This document shows, one piece after another, positions 28,221 through 38,370 of a DNA stretch of 64,000 nucleotides (positions are counted from its first letter, which is position 1; every line of letters begins with the position of its first letter). The DNA lies in the NCBI GenBank assembly GCA_035368605.1, contig DAOSLF010000004.1, forward strand, positions 29,388 through 93,387, given 5' to 3'. The notes beneath the pieces were generated by a model that searched no databases, was not told the origin of the DNA, and saw nothing but the letters and a program-made list of their open reading frames with translations. The DNA comes from Candidatus Omnitrophota bacterium. GTDB taxonomy: Bacteria; Omnitrophota; Omnitrophia; Omnitrophales; Aquincolibacteriaceae. Made by a program: the position numbers and the translations under genes.

Positions 28221-29781
28221 TTACGAGGAGACGTGCTCGTTCTTGCAGGTCAGAGCGATCTTGCGGCCGTCGTGGTCCACATGCAGGATACCGCAGTGGA
28301 TCGCGTCGCCGACCTTGTAGATCTTCGCGAGGTCCTGACCGTTGCGGTCCGGAAGCTCGGAAACGTGGATCAGTCCCTCAAGCCCGTTGTCAAGCTCGAC
28401 GAAGATGCCGAAGTTCACGACGCGGGTGATCTTTCCCTGCATCTCGAGGCCCGTCATGAGTCCCTTCGTGAGCTCATTCCACGGATCGTCCTTCAGCTGT
28501 TTCATGCCAAGCGAGATTTTCTTCGCGTCGGTGTCGACGTTCAGGATCATGACCTCGACCGTATCGCCCTTCTTCAGCATATCCGAAGGCTTCGCGACCT
28601 TGTGGGTCCACGAAAGATCGGAAACATGAAGGAGGCCTTCGATGCCGGGCTCAAGCTCCACGAACGCGCCGTAATCGGTAAGATTGCGGACCGTGCCCTG
28701 GATGCGGCTGCCGACCTGATACTTGTCGCTGACCTTGTCCCACGGATTTTCCTGCGCCTGGCGCGCGCCGAGGGAGATCTTTTTCGCCGTCGTGTCGAGA
28801 CTCAGGATCACGACATCCAGTTCCTGACCGACCGAGAGCACTTCGCTCGGGTGCGTCACGCGTCTGGTCCAGGAAAGCTCGCTGATATGGACAAGTCCCT
28901 CAATGCCCGGCTCAAGCTCCACGAACGCGCCGTACGGGAGGATGTTGACGACCTTGCCGCGGACCTGGTTGCCGATCGCGTAACGGCGCTCGACCGTCAC
29001 CCACGGGTCCTCGGATTTCTGTTTGAGACCGAGAGATATCTTCTGCTTCTCCTTGTCGATCGAGATCACGGCCACGTCGATCTCATCGCCGATCTTCACG
29101 AGATCGGAAGGATGCGAAATACGGCCCCAGCTCATATCGGTGATATGAAGAAGACCGTCGAGGCTGCCGATGTCGATGAACACGCCGAAATCGGTGATGT
29201 TCTTCACCTTGCCGTGGACAATCTGGCCGACCTTGAGCTCGTTGAGCTTCTCGGTCCGCGCCTCCTGGCGACTCTTCTCAAGCAGGTCCTTGCGCGACAC
29301 GACCACATTCTTGCGCTTGTGGTTGATCTTCACGACCAGGAACTTGCTCTGGAGACCGACAAACGCATCCTGGTTACGGACGGGACGGATATCCACGAGC
29401 GAGGCCGGGAGGAACGCTTCCATGCCGATATCGACCATGAAACCGCCGCGAACCTTGCGGGCGATGCGGCCTTCCACAATCGCGCCTTCTTCGGCGTTCG
29501 AAAGAATCTCGTTCCAGGTCTTCTGGCGGTCCGCCTTCCGTTTGGAAAGAAGGGCCGTCCCTTCACGATCGTCAAAACCTTCGAAAAGCACTTCTATCTC
29601 CTGCCCGACGGCAAGGGCCGCGGGGTCCAGGAACTCATCCAGGGGAAGGATGCCTTCTGATTTGTATCCGATATCAACGACAACATCTTTTTGCCGGATC
29701 TGAATGACCGTTCCGGTCACGACATCGCCCGGCGTAATGGACTGAAAAGACTTCTCGTAAAGCTCTGCGAACTGGGATTGC
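28221..29781 (-). CDS. rpsA: 30S ribosomal protein S1.
   Basis: Six consecutive S1 RNA-binding repeats. The true start is MQSQFAELYEK, preceded by GGAGG at about 29779-29781. The track ORF extends 96 codons further upstream. Confidence 0.9.
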
Positions 29782-29983
29782 ATGGTGGAAATTCCTCCTT
29801 GGGGATCCCTCTTCCGCCTGGGGCGGAATGAGGCTGCCCGCGCCTTGAATTTTCCACGGCTGGCGCCACGGAGAGGACGCGAACAAGCGGAAGTATAACA
29901 CAGATATTTCGTTTGGGAAGGATGATTTTTAATTTCGCCGCGAGCCCCACGGCACAGGGCTAAAGCCCCTTCGCGGCGTACAG

Positions 29984-30820
29984 CTACAGGCTCTTGCGGA
30001 TCTTTTGAGCCTGATCGAGGTATCGTCTGAGGCGGTTGGTATCGGACGTACGCAGGATACGCCGGAACCATTCTAATTCCCGTTCCAGTTTTTTAACACC
30101 CCGCAGAACCTGCCGCCTGTTGGCCTCGAAGATGGGAAGCCAGATCGAAGTGTCGGAAGCCGCAATGCGGGTCGTATCGCGGAATCCCCCGGCCGCAAGC
30201 GGTAGCGCCTTCGCGGAGACCGCATGGACAAGGCAGACCGCCATCGCATGAGGGAGATGGCTGATCTCGGAAACAAGCGCGTCATGGGTCAGCGGATCGA
30301 GCACGACTGTCTTTTTCACAAGTTTTTCCCAGAATCGAAGCGCCTTCCGGAAACTTCCGGGACAGGTCTTCCGGTCTTTCGTGAGGATTACGGTCCCCTC
30401 TCGATAGAGGGCGGGGCACCCAGCTTCGATCCCCCGCTTGTGAGAACCCACCATCGGATGGGCGCCGACGAAGGAAATCCGCCGCCATTTTTTCGCGTTC
30501 ACAAGGGCGTGAACAGAACCTTTGACGCTCCCGACATCCATCACAAGCGCGCCCGGCCCGCAGACGCGGTCGATCTCTTTCAGAATGGGCAGATAAACAT
30601 CCACAGGAGTGCAAAGGACGATGAGATCGGCCTCCGAGGCCCCGAACGCCACGTTCCCGGTCCCCTCATCGATCCATCGCTCCCTCAGCGCGCGGGCAAG
30701 CGCCCGGCGATTGCGGGTCACACCCGAGATCAAGGTCTTGGGGAACGCCTTCCGGCAAGCAGCCGCAAGCGAACCGCCCATCAAACCCAGCCCGACAATC
30801 ACGATTTTTTTGAATTTCAT
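29984..30820 (-). CDS. tyrA: Prephenate/arogenate dehydrogenase.
   Basis: 278 aa. N-terminal Rossmann motif IVGLGLMGGSLA. TyrA family core with the conserved HPMVG motif. Confidence 0.85.
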   Translation of the reverse strand: MKFKKIVIVGLGLMGGSLAAACRKAFPKTLISGVTRNRRALARALRERWIDEGTGNVAFGASEADLIVLCTPVDVYLPILKEIDRVCGPGALVMDVGSVKGSVHALVNAKKWRRISFVGAHPMVGSHKRGIEAGCPALYREGTVILTKDRKTCPGSFRKALRFWEKLVKKTVVLDPLTHDALVSEISHLPHAMAVCLVHAVSAKALPLAAGGFRDTTRIAASDTSIWLPIFEANRRQVLRGVKKLERELEWFRRILRTSDTNRLRRYLDQAQKIRKSL

Positions 30821-30902
30821 CGATTTGCCTCGCTACCGACTTGCAGGACTCGGGACTAGCACCCGGGAACTCATCATCAAATCATCTTGACGAGTCCCCG
30901 TA

Positions 30903-31919
30903 TCAGATATCCCTTCCCACCGCATGAGCAACAGCGCGGGCCTTTTTCATCAATTCCTCGAACTGCCCGGGCAAGAGCGACTGCTCGCCGTCGCTTTTTG
31001 CCTCTTCTGGGCACTGGTGAACCTCGATCATCAGACCGTCGCATCCCGCCGCGACACCCGCCATGGCCATCGGTGTCACGAAATCACGGTAACCGGTCCC
31101 GTGCGAAGGATCCACGAGGACGGGAAGGTGCGTCTCTTTTTTGATCACCGGAATCGCGTTCAGGTCGAGCGTGTTGCGGGTCGATGTCTCGAACGTCCGG
31201 ATTCCCCGCTCCCCGAGGACGACCTTGAAATTTCCCCTGGAAAGGAGGTACTCCGCCGACATGAGAAGATCCTTCACGGTGGCGCTCAACCCGCGCTTCA
31301 GAAGGACCGGTTTTTTGGAAGCACCACATTCCTTCAGGAGATCGAAGTTCTGCATGTTGCGCGCGCCGATCTGAAGCATGTCGGCGTATTTCGCGACGAG
31401 TTCCACCTGGCGCGTGTCCATCACTTCCGTGCACACCAAAAGCCCCGTTTCATCCGCGGCCTGCCGGAGATATTTGAGCCCCTCTTCTCCGAGCCCCTGG
31501 AACGAGTACGGAGAGGTCCGCGGCTTGAAAGCGCCGCCTCTCAGGAAGGTCGCGCCGGCCTTTTTGACGATCTTCGCGAGGTCGAACAGCATGTCATAAT
31601 TCTCAACCGAGCACGGTCCCGCCATGACAACGATCTTTTTTCCGCCGACCTTGACGCCGTGGGCCATCTCAAATTCGGTATTTTCGGCCCGGTAATCCCG
31701 GCTTGCGAGCTTGTACGGTTTCAGAATCGCGAGGACCTGCTCCACACCCGGGAACACTTCGAGAGGCTGGACCTGCAGCTTTTCCTCGTCCCCGATGACA
31801 CCGATCACGGTCCTTTCGACGCCGCGGGATACCTGGGGCGTCAGGCCAAGCTCACGCACCTTCTGGCAGATATGATCCAGCTCCTGCGGCGTTACTGTCT
31901 TCTTGAGAACGATGATCAT
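30903..31919 (-). CDS. 3-deoxy-7-phosphoheptulonate (DAHP) synthase, type I-beta, with an N-terminal ferredoxin-like regulatory domain.
   Basis: 338 aa. Catalytic barrel motifs [20 protein letters not shown] and LVDPSHGTG. About 75 aa of extra N-terminal domain, as in Thermotoga-type DAHPS. Confidence 0.85.
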   Translation of the reverse strand: MIIVLKKTVTPQELDHICQKVRELGLTPQVSRGVERTVIGVIGDEEKLQVQPLEVFPGVEQVLAILKPYKLASRDYRAENTEFEMAHGVKVGGKKIVVMAGPCSVENYDMLFDLAKIVKKAGATFLRGGAFKPRTSPYSFQGLGEEGLKYLRQAADETGLLVCTEVMDTRQVELVAKYADMLQIGARNMQNFDLLKECGASKKPVLLKRGLSATVKDLLMSAEYLLSRGNFKVVLGERGIRTFETSTRNTLDLNAIPVIKKETHLPVLVDPSHGTGYRDFVTPMAMAGVAAGCDGLMIEVHQCPEEAKSDGEQSLLPGQFEELMKKARAVAHAVGRDI

Positions 31920-31962
31920 TTTCTTAACCCCCTCGGGGGACCCGGTCCTGAGTCCCTGATTT

Positions 31963-33072
31963 TCAGGTTTTTTCCGTCAGGCACGCTTTCAACAATCTGA
32001 TGAATTGCGCGTTCTCGCTGCGACGGCCCACGGTCACGCGGATCCAGTCCGGGAGCTTGTAGGCCCCCATCGCCCGCACGATCATGCCGCTGCGGAGCAG
32101 TTCCTGGAATATCTCACTGCCGCTTCTTTTCACGTTGACGAGGACGAAATTCGCCTGGCTCGGCAGGTATTCAAGTCCGAGCTGTTTGAATTTCTTGTAA
32201 AAATATTTCCGTCCGGTCTTGACGAGCCGTTTGGTCTTCCAGAGGTAGAACTTGTCCTCGATTGCCGCCACCGCGGCAGCCTGCGCGACGAGATTCACAT
32301 TGAAGGGCTGGCGAACCTTATGGAGGTATTCCGTCATCTCCCTTGATGTCACGGCGTAACCCACGCGGAGCCCCGCAAGGCCGTAGGCCTTCGAGAAGGT
32401 CCTGAGGACGATCACGTTCGGCCGGCCCTCCCTGATGTAGGAAAGCGACCTCGGAAAATCAGCGGCCTCGACAAAATCCACATAGGCCTCGTCAAAACAG
32501 ACGATGACACGCGGAGGGACCTTCGCGAGAAAAGCGTCCATCTCCCGGGCGGTCAGATAGGTTCCCGTCGGGTTGTTCGGGTTCACGATAAAGACAAGCT
32601 TCGTCCGTTCCGTGATCTGGGCCAGGATGCCGTCCAGGTCGTAACGGTAGTCTTTCGTCATCGGAACGGCCTTGAACCGGCCGCCGCAAACCTGCGTCAG
32701 GATCGGATAGACCAGGAACGACATCTCGGAGGAAATGACCTCATCCCCTTCCGACAGAAAACCGCGGGCCACCAGTTCGATGATCTCGTTGGAGCCGTTG
32801 CCGAAAATGATCTGGTCCTTCGGGATATCGATTTCCCCGGCAAGCCGTTCGAGCAGGTAATAGCAGCTTCCGTCCGGATAAAGATGAACCTCGCGGATCG
32901 CCTTGCGCATGGCGCGCAGGACGTCGGTTGAGGGACGCCCGAGCGGGTTCTCGTTCGAGGCCAGCTTCGTGACGTTGCGAATCCCGTACTCACGTTGAAG
33001 CTCCTTGATGGGCTTCCCCGGTTCGTAGGGACGGATACTCTGGATATTCGGCTTAAAGGGTATCATTTTCAT
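31963..33072 (-). CDS. hisC: Histidinol-phosphate/aromatic aminotransferase (class II PLP aminotransferase).
   Basis: N-terminus [19 protein letters not shown]...[10 protein letters not shown] is a HisC-family signature. A PLP-lysine region is present. Its position in the aromatic cluster suggests an aromatic aminotransferase role. The start is taken at MKMIPF. Confidence 0.8.
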   Translation of the reverse strand: MKMIPFKPNIQSIRPYEPGKPIKELQREYGIRNVTKLASNENPLGRPSTDVLRAMRKAIREVHLYPDGSCYYLLERLAGEIDIPKDQIIFGNGSNEIIELVARGFLSEGDEVISSEMSFLVYPILTQVCGGRFKAVPMTKDYRYDLDGILAQITERTKLVFIVNPNNPTGTYLTAREMDAFLAKVPPRVIVCFDEAYVDFVEAADFPRSLSYIREGRPNVIVLRTFSKAYGLAGLRVGYAVTSREMTEYLHKVRQPFNVNLVAQAAAVAAIEDKFYLWKTKRLVKTGRKYFYKKFKQLGLEYLPSQANFVLVNVKRSGSEIFQELLRSGMIVRAMGAYKLPDWIRVTVGRRSENAQFIRLLKACLTEKT

Positions 33073-33133
33073 ATCACACATCACACGCCACAAGGCCACA
33101 TGCATCGCGCGGCGGACGGCGTGCGCCTTATTT

Positions 33134-34234
33134 TTAGTCTTTCGGTTCTCCCGTCGCGGGATAGGAGCCGAGCACTTTCACGAACTTGACTTTCCGCTCC
33201 ATCTCCGAAAGCATCTTCCGGACCCGCGGGTTCTCAACGTGGCCTTCAAAATCGATAAAAAAGTAATAATCCCACGCCTTTTTCTTCGAAGGGCGGGACT
33301 CGATCTTTGTCATGTTGATCTTGTGTTTCTTGATCGGGAGCAGCATCTCGTAAAGCGCCCCCACCTTGTCGCGGATCGACACGACAACCGAAGTCTTGTC
33401 GTGCTTCGTCATCGCCGGAAGCTGCTTCGAGATCACGAGGAACCGCGTCACATTGTTCGCGATATCCTGGATCGCCTCGGCAAGGACGGGCAGGTTGTTG
33501 ATCGTCGCCGCGAGTTTTGACCCGATGGCGGCCGCCCCATCTTCCTGTACCGCGCGCTGCGCCGCCGCGGCCGTGCTCGGAGCTTCCACGAGCCCCGCGT
33601 GATGCAGGTTCGTCTCCAGCCACATCCGGCACTGGCCGAACACCTCGGCCTTGGAGTAGACGCGCCGGACGCGTTTGAGATCCGGGGCATTCGTCATGAG
33701 GCTGTGCGAAATCTCGTAGAAGATCTCGGAGCAGATCTTCAGATCGGAATCGATGAACATATCGAGCGTGTGGTTCACCGCGCCTTCGATTGAATTCTCG
33801 ATCGGGACAACCCCGTAATCCGCGCGGCCCATCTCGACCTCGCGGAAGACTTCCGTGAAGCTGATACAGGGCCGATACTCAACGCTCGAACCGAACTTGG
33901 AAAGGGCAGCCAGATGCGTGAAGGTCGCCTCGGGTCCGAGGTAGGCGATCGTGAGCGGCTTTTCCATCGCGAGCGCCGCCGACATGATCTCCCGGTAGAT
34001 GGCCTTCAGGGCATCCTTGGGGAGCCCCTTTGTTTCTGCCAGCTGGTCAATCTTGCGATAGATCTCGGACTCGCGTTCAGGCGCGTAAACCGCCTTCCCT
34101 GCCGCGATCTTTTTCGCGCCGACTTCCCGGACAAATTTCGTGCGGTCGTTCAGAAGACCGATGATCTTCTGGTCGATCTCGTCAATTCTCTTGCGCAGGT
34201 GCGTCAGATCCATGATCTTTCGTTGCCTCGTCAT
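33134..34234 (-). CDS. pheA: Bifunctional chorismate mutase / prephenate dehydratase.
   Basis: N-terminal AroQ chorismate mutase helix (LRKRIDEIDQKIIGLLNDR). A PDT domain follows, then a C-terminal ACT domain. The start is taken at MTRQRKIMDL; the track ORF extends further upstream. Confidence 0.85.
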   Translation of the reverse strand: MTRQRKIMDLTHLRKRIDEIDQKIIGLLNDRTKFVREVGAKKIAAGKAVYAPERESEIYRKIDQLAETKGLPKDALKAIYREIMSAALAMEKPLTIAYLGPEATFTHLAALSKFGSSVEYRPCISFTEVFREVEMGRADYGVVPIENSIEGAVNHTLDMFIDSDLKICSEIFYEISHSLMTNAPDLKRVRRVYSKAEVFGQCRMWLETNLHHAGLVEAPSTAAAAQRAVQEDGAAAIGSKLAATINNLPVLAEAIQDIANNVTRFLVISKQLPAMTKHDKTSVVVSIRDKVGALYEMLLPIKKHKINMTKIESRPSKKKAWDYYFFIDFEGHVENPRVRKMLSEMERKVKFVKVLGSYPATGEPKD

Positions 34235-35108
34235 TGTTATCGACCGGTGCCGCGTTCTCGACCCCGGGATCAGATTCCGATGCTTCCTCAGGGGATATTT
34301 CTCCATGAGCCGGCGCGCTTTCGGAAGCATCCCGGGAAGCTCCCTCCCGAGACACACCTTCCTGGGGAACGTCCACAATCCTGGTCGTGCCGATCAGCTG
34401 TTCTTTTTTCACCGAACTTTCCACCATCTGCTGGATCTCGCTCAGGCTCGGAAGCTCCTGTAGTGATTTGAGCCCGAAGTGTTCGAGAAACTTTTCGGTC
34501 GTGCCGTAAAGGAATGGCCGGCCCGGGACTTCCTTCTTGCCGACGATCCGGATGAATCCCTTTTCCATCAGCGTGCTGACCACGCCGCTCACATCCACGC
34601 CGCGAAGCGCTTCGATCTCGGCCCGGGTCAACGGCTGGCGGTACGCGAGGATCGCGAGCGTCTCGAGCGCCGACTGGGTCGCCTGTCTGGCCTTGCGCTG
34701 GAGCTCAATGCGGAGAATCCACGGCGCGAATTCTTTCTTCGTGGAAAGCTCGTAACCTCCCGCGATTTCAACGATCTCGAACGGGCGACCCTGCTGTTTG
34801 TATTCTTCCTTCAACTCAGTCACGATCTGGTCGATCTGCGCGGCGGTCAGCACCTTCGTCACCTTGCGGATTTCGGCGGGCGTCAGGGGTTTTGGCGAAG
34901 CGAAGATCAAGGCCTCCACCACCTTTTTCGCGGATGCGGGATCTTTCAGGTCCTCCTCGCGAAGCGACTCGACCCGATACCTGGATGGATCCACGAGGGT
35001 CTCAAGGACCCCGCTTTCCTCAAGCTGATCCTGGATCTCCCTGTCGAGCTCCTTGCGGAGCGCTTTCATTTTCGCCTGCTTTTCGCGTTCTTTGGCCGCA
35101 GTGCTCAT
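34182..35108 (-). CDS. scpB: Segregation and condensation protein B with an acidic C-terminal tail.
   Basis: Tandem winged-helix ScpB core (VVEALIFASPKPLT...LRGVDVSGVV...). C-terminal Ser/Glu/Asp-rich extension of about 50 aa. Confidence 0.8.
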   Translation of the reverse strand: MSTAAKEREKQAKMKALRKELDREIQDQLEESGVLETLVDPSRYRVESLREEDLKDPASAKKVVEALIFASPKPLTPAEIRKVTKVLTAAQIDQIVTELKEEYKQQGRPFEIVEIAGGYELSTKKEFAPWILRIELQRKARQATQSALETLAILAYRQPLTRAEIEALRGVDVSGVVSTLMEKGFIRIVGKKEVPGRPFLYGTTEKFLEHFGLKSLQELPSLSEIQQMVESSVKKEQLIGTTRIVDVPQEGVSREGASRDASESAPAHGEISPEEASESDPGVENAAPVDNNDEATKDHGSDAPAQEN

Positions 35109-36433
35109 GACCCGATCGTATGATTCCCCGTGTCTGTCGGCTGCGGTTCATCCGTCCCCGCAACGGGAGGCTCGGCGTTCTCCGCGGCCGGTTTATTTTG
35201 TGAAGTGCTTTTATACCCGGACTCGTCGCGCTTTTCAATCACGATCTCACCAAAGGTCTTGTCCTGGAACACTCTGGCGAACCGTGTCCTGACAATTTCG
35301 AGGATGGCAAGAAACGTCGCAACCAGTTCATTCCGGCTCCATCTGCCGGAAAAAAGTTCCGTGAACCGCATCTTGTTCTTTTCGATCAGAACAGCCTGGA
35401 TCTCGACCATTTTCTCCTCGATCGAGATGACCTCCTCGAAAACTTCATGCGGCTTTTCGCGCTCCTTTTTGGCGAGCACGTTCTGGAACGCCACGACCAG
35501 GTCAAAAAAGTTCGCGCTGAACGTATCGATGCCGGCGTCCTCGGGTTTCATCTCGCTGAGATAATAATCCGAAATCTGACGCGTGAACATCTTGCCGCGC
35601 TCCGTCTGGAGGAGGCCGAGCTCCCTGGCCGCTTCCTTGAAAGCCTGATACTCGAGAAGCTTCTTCACAAGTTCGGCGCGCGGGTCCTCGCCCTCGTTCT
35701 CCTCCACTTCCTTGTCGGTCGGCAGGAGCGTCCTCGATTTGATGTAAATGAGCGTTGCCGCCATCACGACAAACTCCCCCGCGACTTCGAGGTCGAGTTG
35801 CTTCATCCGGTGGAGATAATCGAGATACTGTTTCGTGATTTCCGCGATCGGGATATCGTAAATATTCATCTCGTTCTTCTTGATCAGATCAAGAAGAAGG
35901 TCAAGCGGTCCGTCATAGACCGGAAGTCTGACCCGGAGCGGATCGAACGCGCTGTCTGTGGTCCCGGCCACCGGCGCAGGTTCCGGCGTTCCTTCTTCCC
36001 GGGTTACGGAAGGGCCGGGAGAGCTTTCCATCTCCGGCGAGACATCCCCGGCAGTCGAACCGTCAGGAGCCACCTCATCCCCATGATCCTGTTCATTGGC
36101 AGAAGACTGATCGCCAGAATCGACGACCGGATGTAGCGGATCACGAGATTCCTCTTCTTTCGGCAAGGAAGGATCGGAAAGGTTCTCACCCGAAGGCTCC
36201 GCTCCCCCCGTTTCGCAAGGGAGAGGGTCAGGATCGGAAACGTTCGGCAACGATCCGGCCGCGTTTACGGCAGGAGTCCCATCGCCCGGGAGGCTTCCTT
36301 CAAGGTCTGGCTCGCGACCGATCTCGCCCTCACCGCTCCCTTGTCCAGGATCTCCCGGATTTCCTTGGTTTTCTTCAGCCATGATGCTCGTTTTTCCCTT
36401 ATCGGGTCCAGGTATTGGTTCAGTTTTTCGCAC
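35105..36433 (-). CDS. scpA: Segregation and condensation protein A (kleisin) with a long acidic/Pro-rich N-terminal extension.
   Basis: Conserved ScpA core (LPVYDGPLDLLLDLIKKNEMNIYDIPIAEIT...). It is preceded by up to 190 aa of low-complexity sequence rich in D, E, P, G and S. The track start overlaps the trpS 3' end, so the real start is probably internal (for example MESSPG, about 36031). Confidence 0.8.
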   Translation of the reverse strand: MRKTEPIPGPDKGKTSIMAEENQGNPGDPGQGSGEGEIGREPDLEGSLPGDGTPAVNAAGSLPNVSDPDPLPCETGGAEPSGENLSDPSLPKEEESRDPLHPVVDSGDQSSANEQDHGDEVAPDGSTAGDVSPEMESSPGPSVTREEGTPEPAPVAGTTDSAFDPLRVRLPVYDGPLDLLLDLIKKNEMNIYDIPIAEITKQYLDYLHRMKQLDLEVAGEFVVMAATLIYIKSRTLLPTDKEVEENEGEDPRAELVKKLLEYQAFKEAARELGLLQTERGKMFTRQISDYYLSEMKPEDAGIDTFSANFFDLVVAFQNVLAKKEREKPHEVFEEVISIEEKMVEIQAVLIEKNKMRFTELFSGRWSRNELVATFLAILEIVRTRFARVFQDKTFGEIVIEKRDESGYKSTSQNKPAAENAEPPVAGTDEPQPTDTGNHTIGS

Positions 36434-37248
36434 ATTTCTTTCTTGCAGTCCACGCAGCCCCGCGTGGCATTACGGCAGGCGCAGGCAACGGCGTCCGTAT
36501 TGTCCGGATTGAAAAGCTTGTGATAAAAAAAGACAGGACACTTTTCCGGATCCCCTTTGTCCTCACGCCGCTTCCGCGCCGGATCCGTCACCATCTGCGT
36601 CAGCACCTTCTTCGTCACTTCCTCACGGGTGTCTGAGAGGTAGATGCAATTGCCGTAGCTTTTGCTCATCTTCCGGCCATCAAGCCCCGGGACCCGGGGG
36701 GCCTGTGTCAGAACGCCATCCGGCTCGGGGAAAACCTCTTTCTCGTAAAGGTGGTGGAACCGGCGGATGATTTCGCGCGTCAGCTCGATATGGGGTAGTT
36801 GGTCCTCCCCGACAGGCACTTTGTCGGCCTTATAGATCGCGATATCCGCGGCTTGCAGCACCGGATATCCGAGAAAGCCGTGCGTGTGGAGGTCCTTTCC
36901 TTTCAGTTCCCTGATCTGATCCTTGTACGTGGGATTCCGTTCCAGCCAGCCGAGAGGCGTTATCATCGAAAAAAGCAGCCCGAGCATCGCGTGCTCCTGG
37001 ACCTCGCTCTGGATGAAGATAGTGCATTTTTCCGGATCGAGACCGCTCGCGAGATAGTCGACCATGACCTCCGTCGTCTTTTCCGCGATCGTGGTCTTGT
37101 GCTCATATTCGGTCGTCAGGGCATGCAGGTCCGCGATCATGAAAAAAGAATCATGCCCCTGCATCTTTCTGTAATTTTCAAGCGTTCCGAGCAAGTGCCC
37201 GAGATGAAGTTTTCCGGTGGGACGCGTACCGCTTAGGATTCGTGACAT
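36265..37248 (-). CDS. trpS: Tryptophan--tRNA ligase.
   Basis: 327 aa. HIGH-class motif TGKLHLGHLLG. KMSKS motif present. Length is typical. Confidence 0.9.
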   Translation of the reverse strand: MSRILSGTRPTGKLHLGHLLGTLENYRKMQGHDSFFMIADLHALTTEYEHKTTIAEKTTEVMVDYLASGLDPEKCTIFIQSEVQEHAMLGLLFSMITPLGWLERNPTYKDQIRELKGKDLHTHGFLGYPVLQAADIAIYKADKVPVGEDQLPHIELTREIIRRFHHLYEKEVFPEPDGVLTQAPRVPGLDGRKMSKSYGNCIYLSDTREEVTKKVLTQMVTDPARKRREDKGDPEKCPVFFYHKLFNPDNTDAVACACRNATRGCVDCKKEMCEKLNQYLDPIREKRASWLKKTKEIREILDKGAVRARSVASQTLKEASRAMGLLP

Positions 37249-37419
37249 TGGGTTTCCTGGGGTTTTTCAACGGGTGAATTTTACGTATATTAAAGGATGC
37301 TCAAAAGGGTGTCAAACAACCTGAAAGACGGGAACCCGGGACTCGCTCCTCGTCGTCCGTCATCGCCTTTCTCTAAAAACAGGTCCCTGGTCCCGGGCGA
37401 CGGGCCCCGCTCTTGAGCT

Positions 37420-37602
37420 TCAGCCCAGGAGGTAGCCCATCCGTTTTACCGCCTTCGCCATACGGGCAAGAGCCTCGGATACGGTCTTCCCTTCCGTGAG
37501 ATTTCCGGCATAGATCGCGGCATATCCCCTGCGGTTGCGAATCTTGAACGTGGTAATCTTCCCGCGAGACAGTTTTTTAAGGACTTTTTGGGCCATAATC
37601 AT
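37420..37602 (-). CDS. Small basic hypothetical protein (60 aa), possibly with a HicB/UPF0150-like fold.
   Basis: MIMAQKVLKKLSRGKITTFKIRNRRGYAAIYAGNLTEGKTVSEALARMAKAVKRMGYLLG. It has weak pattern similarity to HicB-like antitoxins (GY...G.T.EEAL....EA). No partner toxin gene is present. Confidence 0.3.
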   Translation of the reverse strand: MIMAQKVLKKLSRGKITTFKIRNRRGYAAIYAGNLTEGKTVSEALARMAKAVKRMGYLLG

Positions 37603-37730
37603 CCTCCTGGTAACGAACTGTTCTGGTTAGTATCGGCGGATTTAAAACAGAACCTGATACGGAGTACAGGGCTTAATACTCCGGAGCCGGTTTTTACACC
37701 ATGCGTTCTACTCCGCACGTCATACTGATC

Positions 37731-38288
37731 TCAGACCCTTACGACTTCCTTCACTTCGGGGATACATTCTTTCAGATAGGCTTCGATACCGTTCTTGAGA
37801 GTGATCTGGGCGCTGGGACAGCCGGAACAAGCGCCTTTGAGACGCAGTTTCACGATCCCGTTCTCGAACCCGCAGAAAACGGCGTCTCCCCCGTCCCGCG
37901 CGAGCGCGGGACGGATCTGCTCTTCGAGAATCTCGATGATCTTGCGCTCGATCTCGTTCCCGGGGTTTTCAACATCGGCACACTGTTCGCAAACTTTCGG
38001 GCTGGTCTGTCCGCAGGTCAGATGGGCTTTGATCGCCGCGGTCACAAGCGGGATAACGGGGCCCCAGGTCTGTGCCTTTTCATTCCGGATGACGGTGACA
38101 TGATCCGGGCCGATCATGACCTCTTTGACATATTTGATCCTGAAGAGCTCGACCGCGAGCGGCGATTTCTCCGCCTCGGCCGCGGACGCGAAATGAACGG
38201 CCCCGCGGGTGCAGACCGGAACGCTGACGTTGAATTTGAGTGAATCCGGATTGGGCGTAAATTCGGTGGTGATCTGAATATCTTTCAT
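37731..38288 (-). CDS. Nfu/NifU-type Fe-S cluster assembly protein (Nfu_N plus NifU C-terminal domain).
   Basis: 185 aa. C-terminal CXXC region LKGACSGCPSAQITLKNGIE. N-terminal Nfu_N-like domain. Confidence 0.8.
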   Translation of the reverse strand: MKDIQITTEFTPNPDSLKFNVSVPVCTRGAVHFASAAEAEKSPLAVELFRIKYVKEVMIGPDHVTVIRNEKAQTWGPVIPLVTAAIKAHLTCGQTSPKVCEQCADVENPGNEIERKIIEILEEQIRPALARDGGDAVFCGFENGIVKLRLKGACSGCPSAQITLKNGIEAYLKECIPEVKEVVRV

Positions 38289-38370
38289 AGGCGGGAGTAT
38301 ATTCTAAAACCTTCTTGCCCGCAAAAGATTCTGACCTTATCCAACCTCGTAGGTTGGATCGGGTGCCCGG

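Noticed and set aside
28233-29660. 475-aa plus-strand ORF opposite rpsA.
   Set aside because: Antisense artefact. rpsA has six clear S1 repeats on the minus strand.
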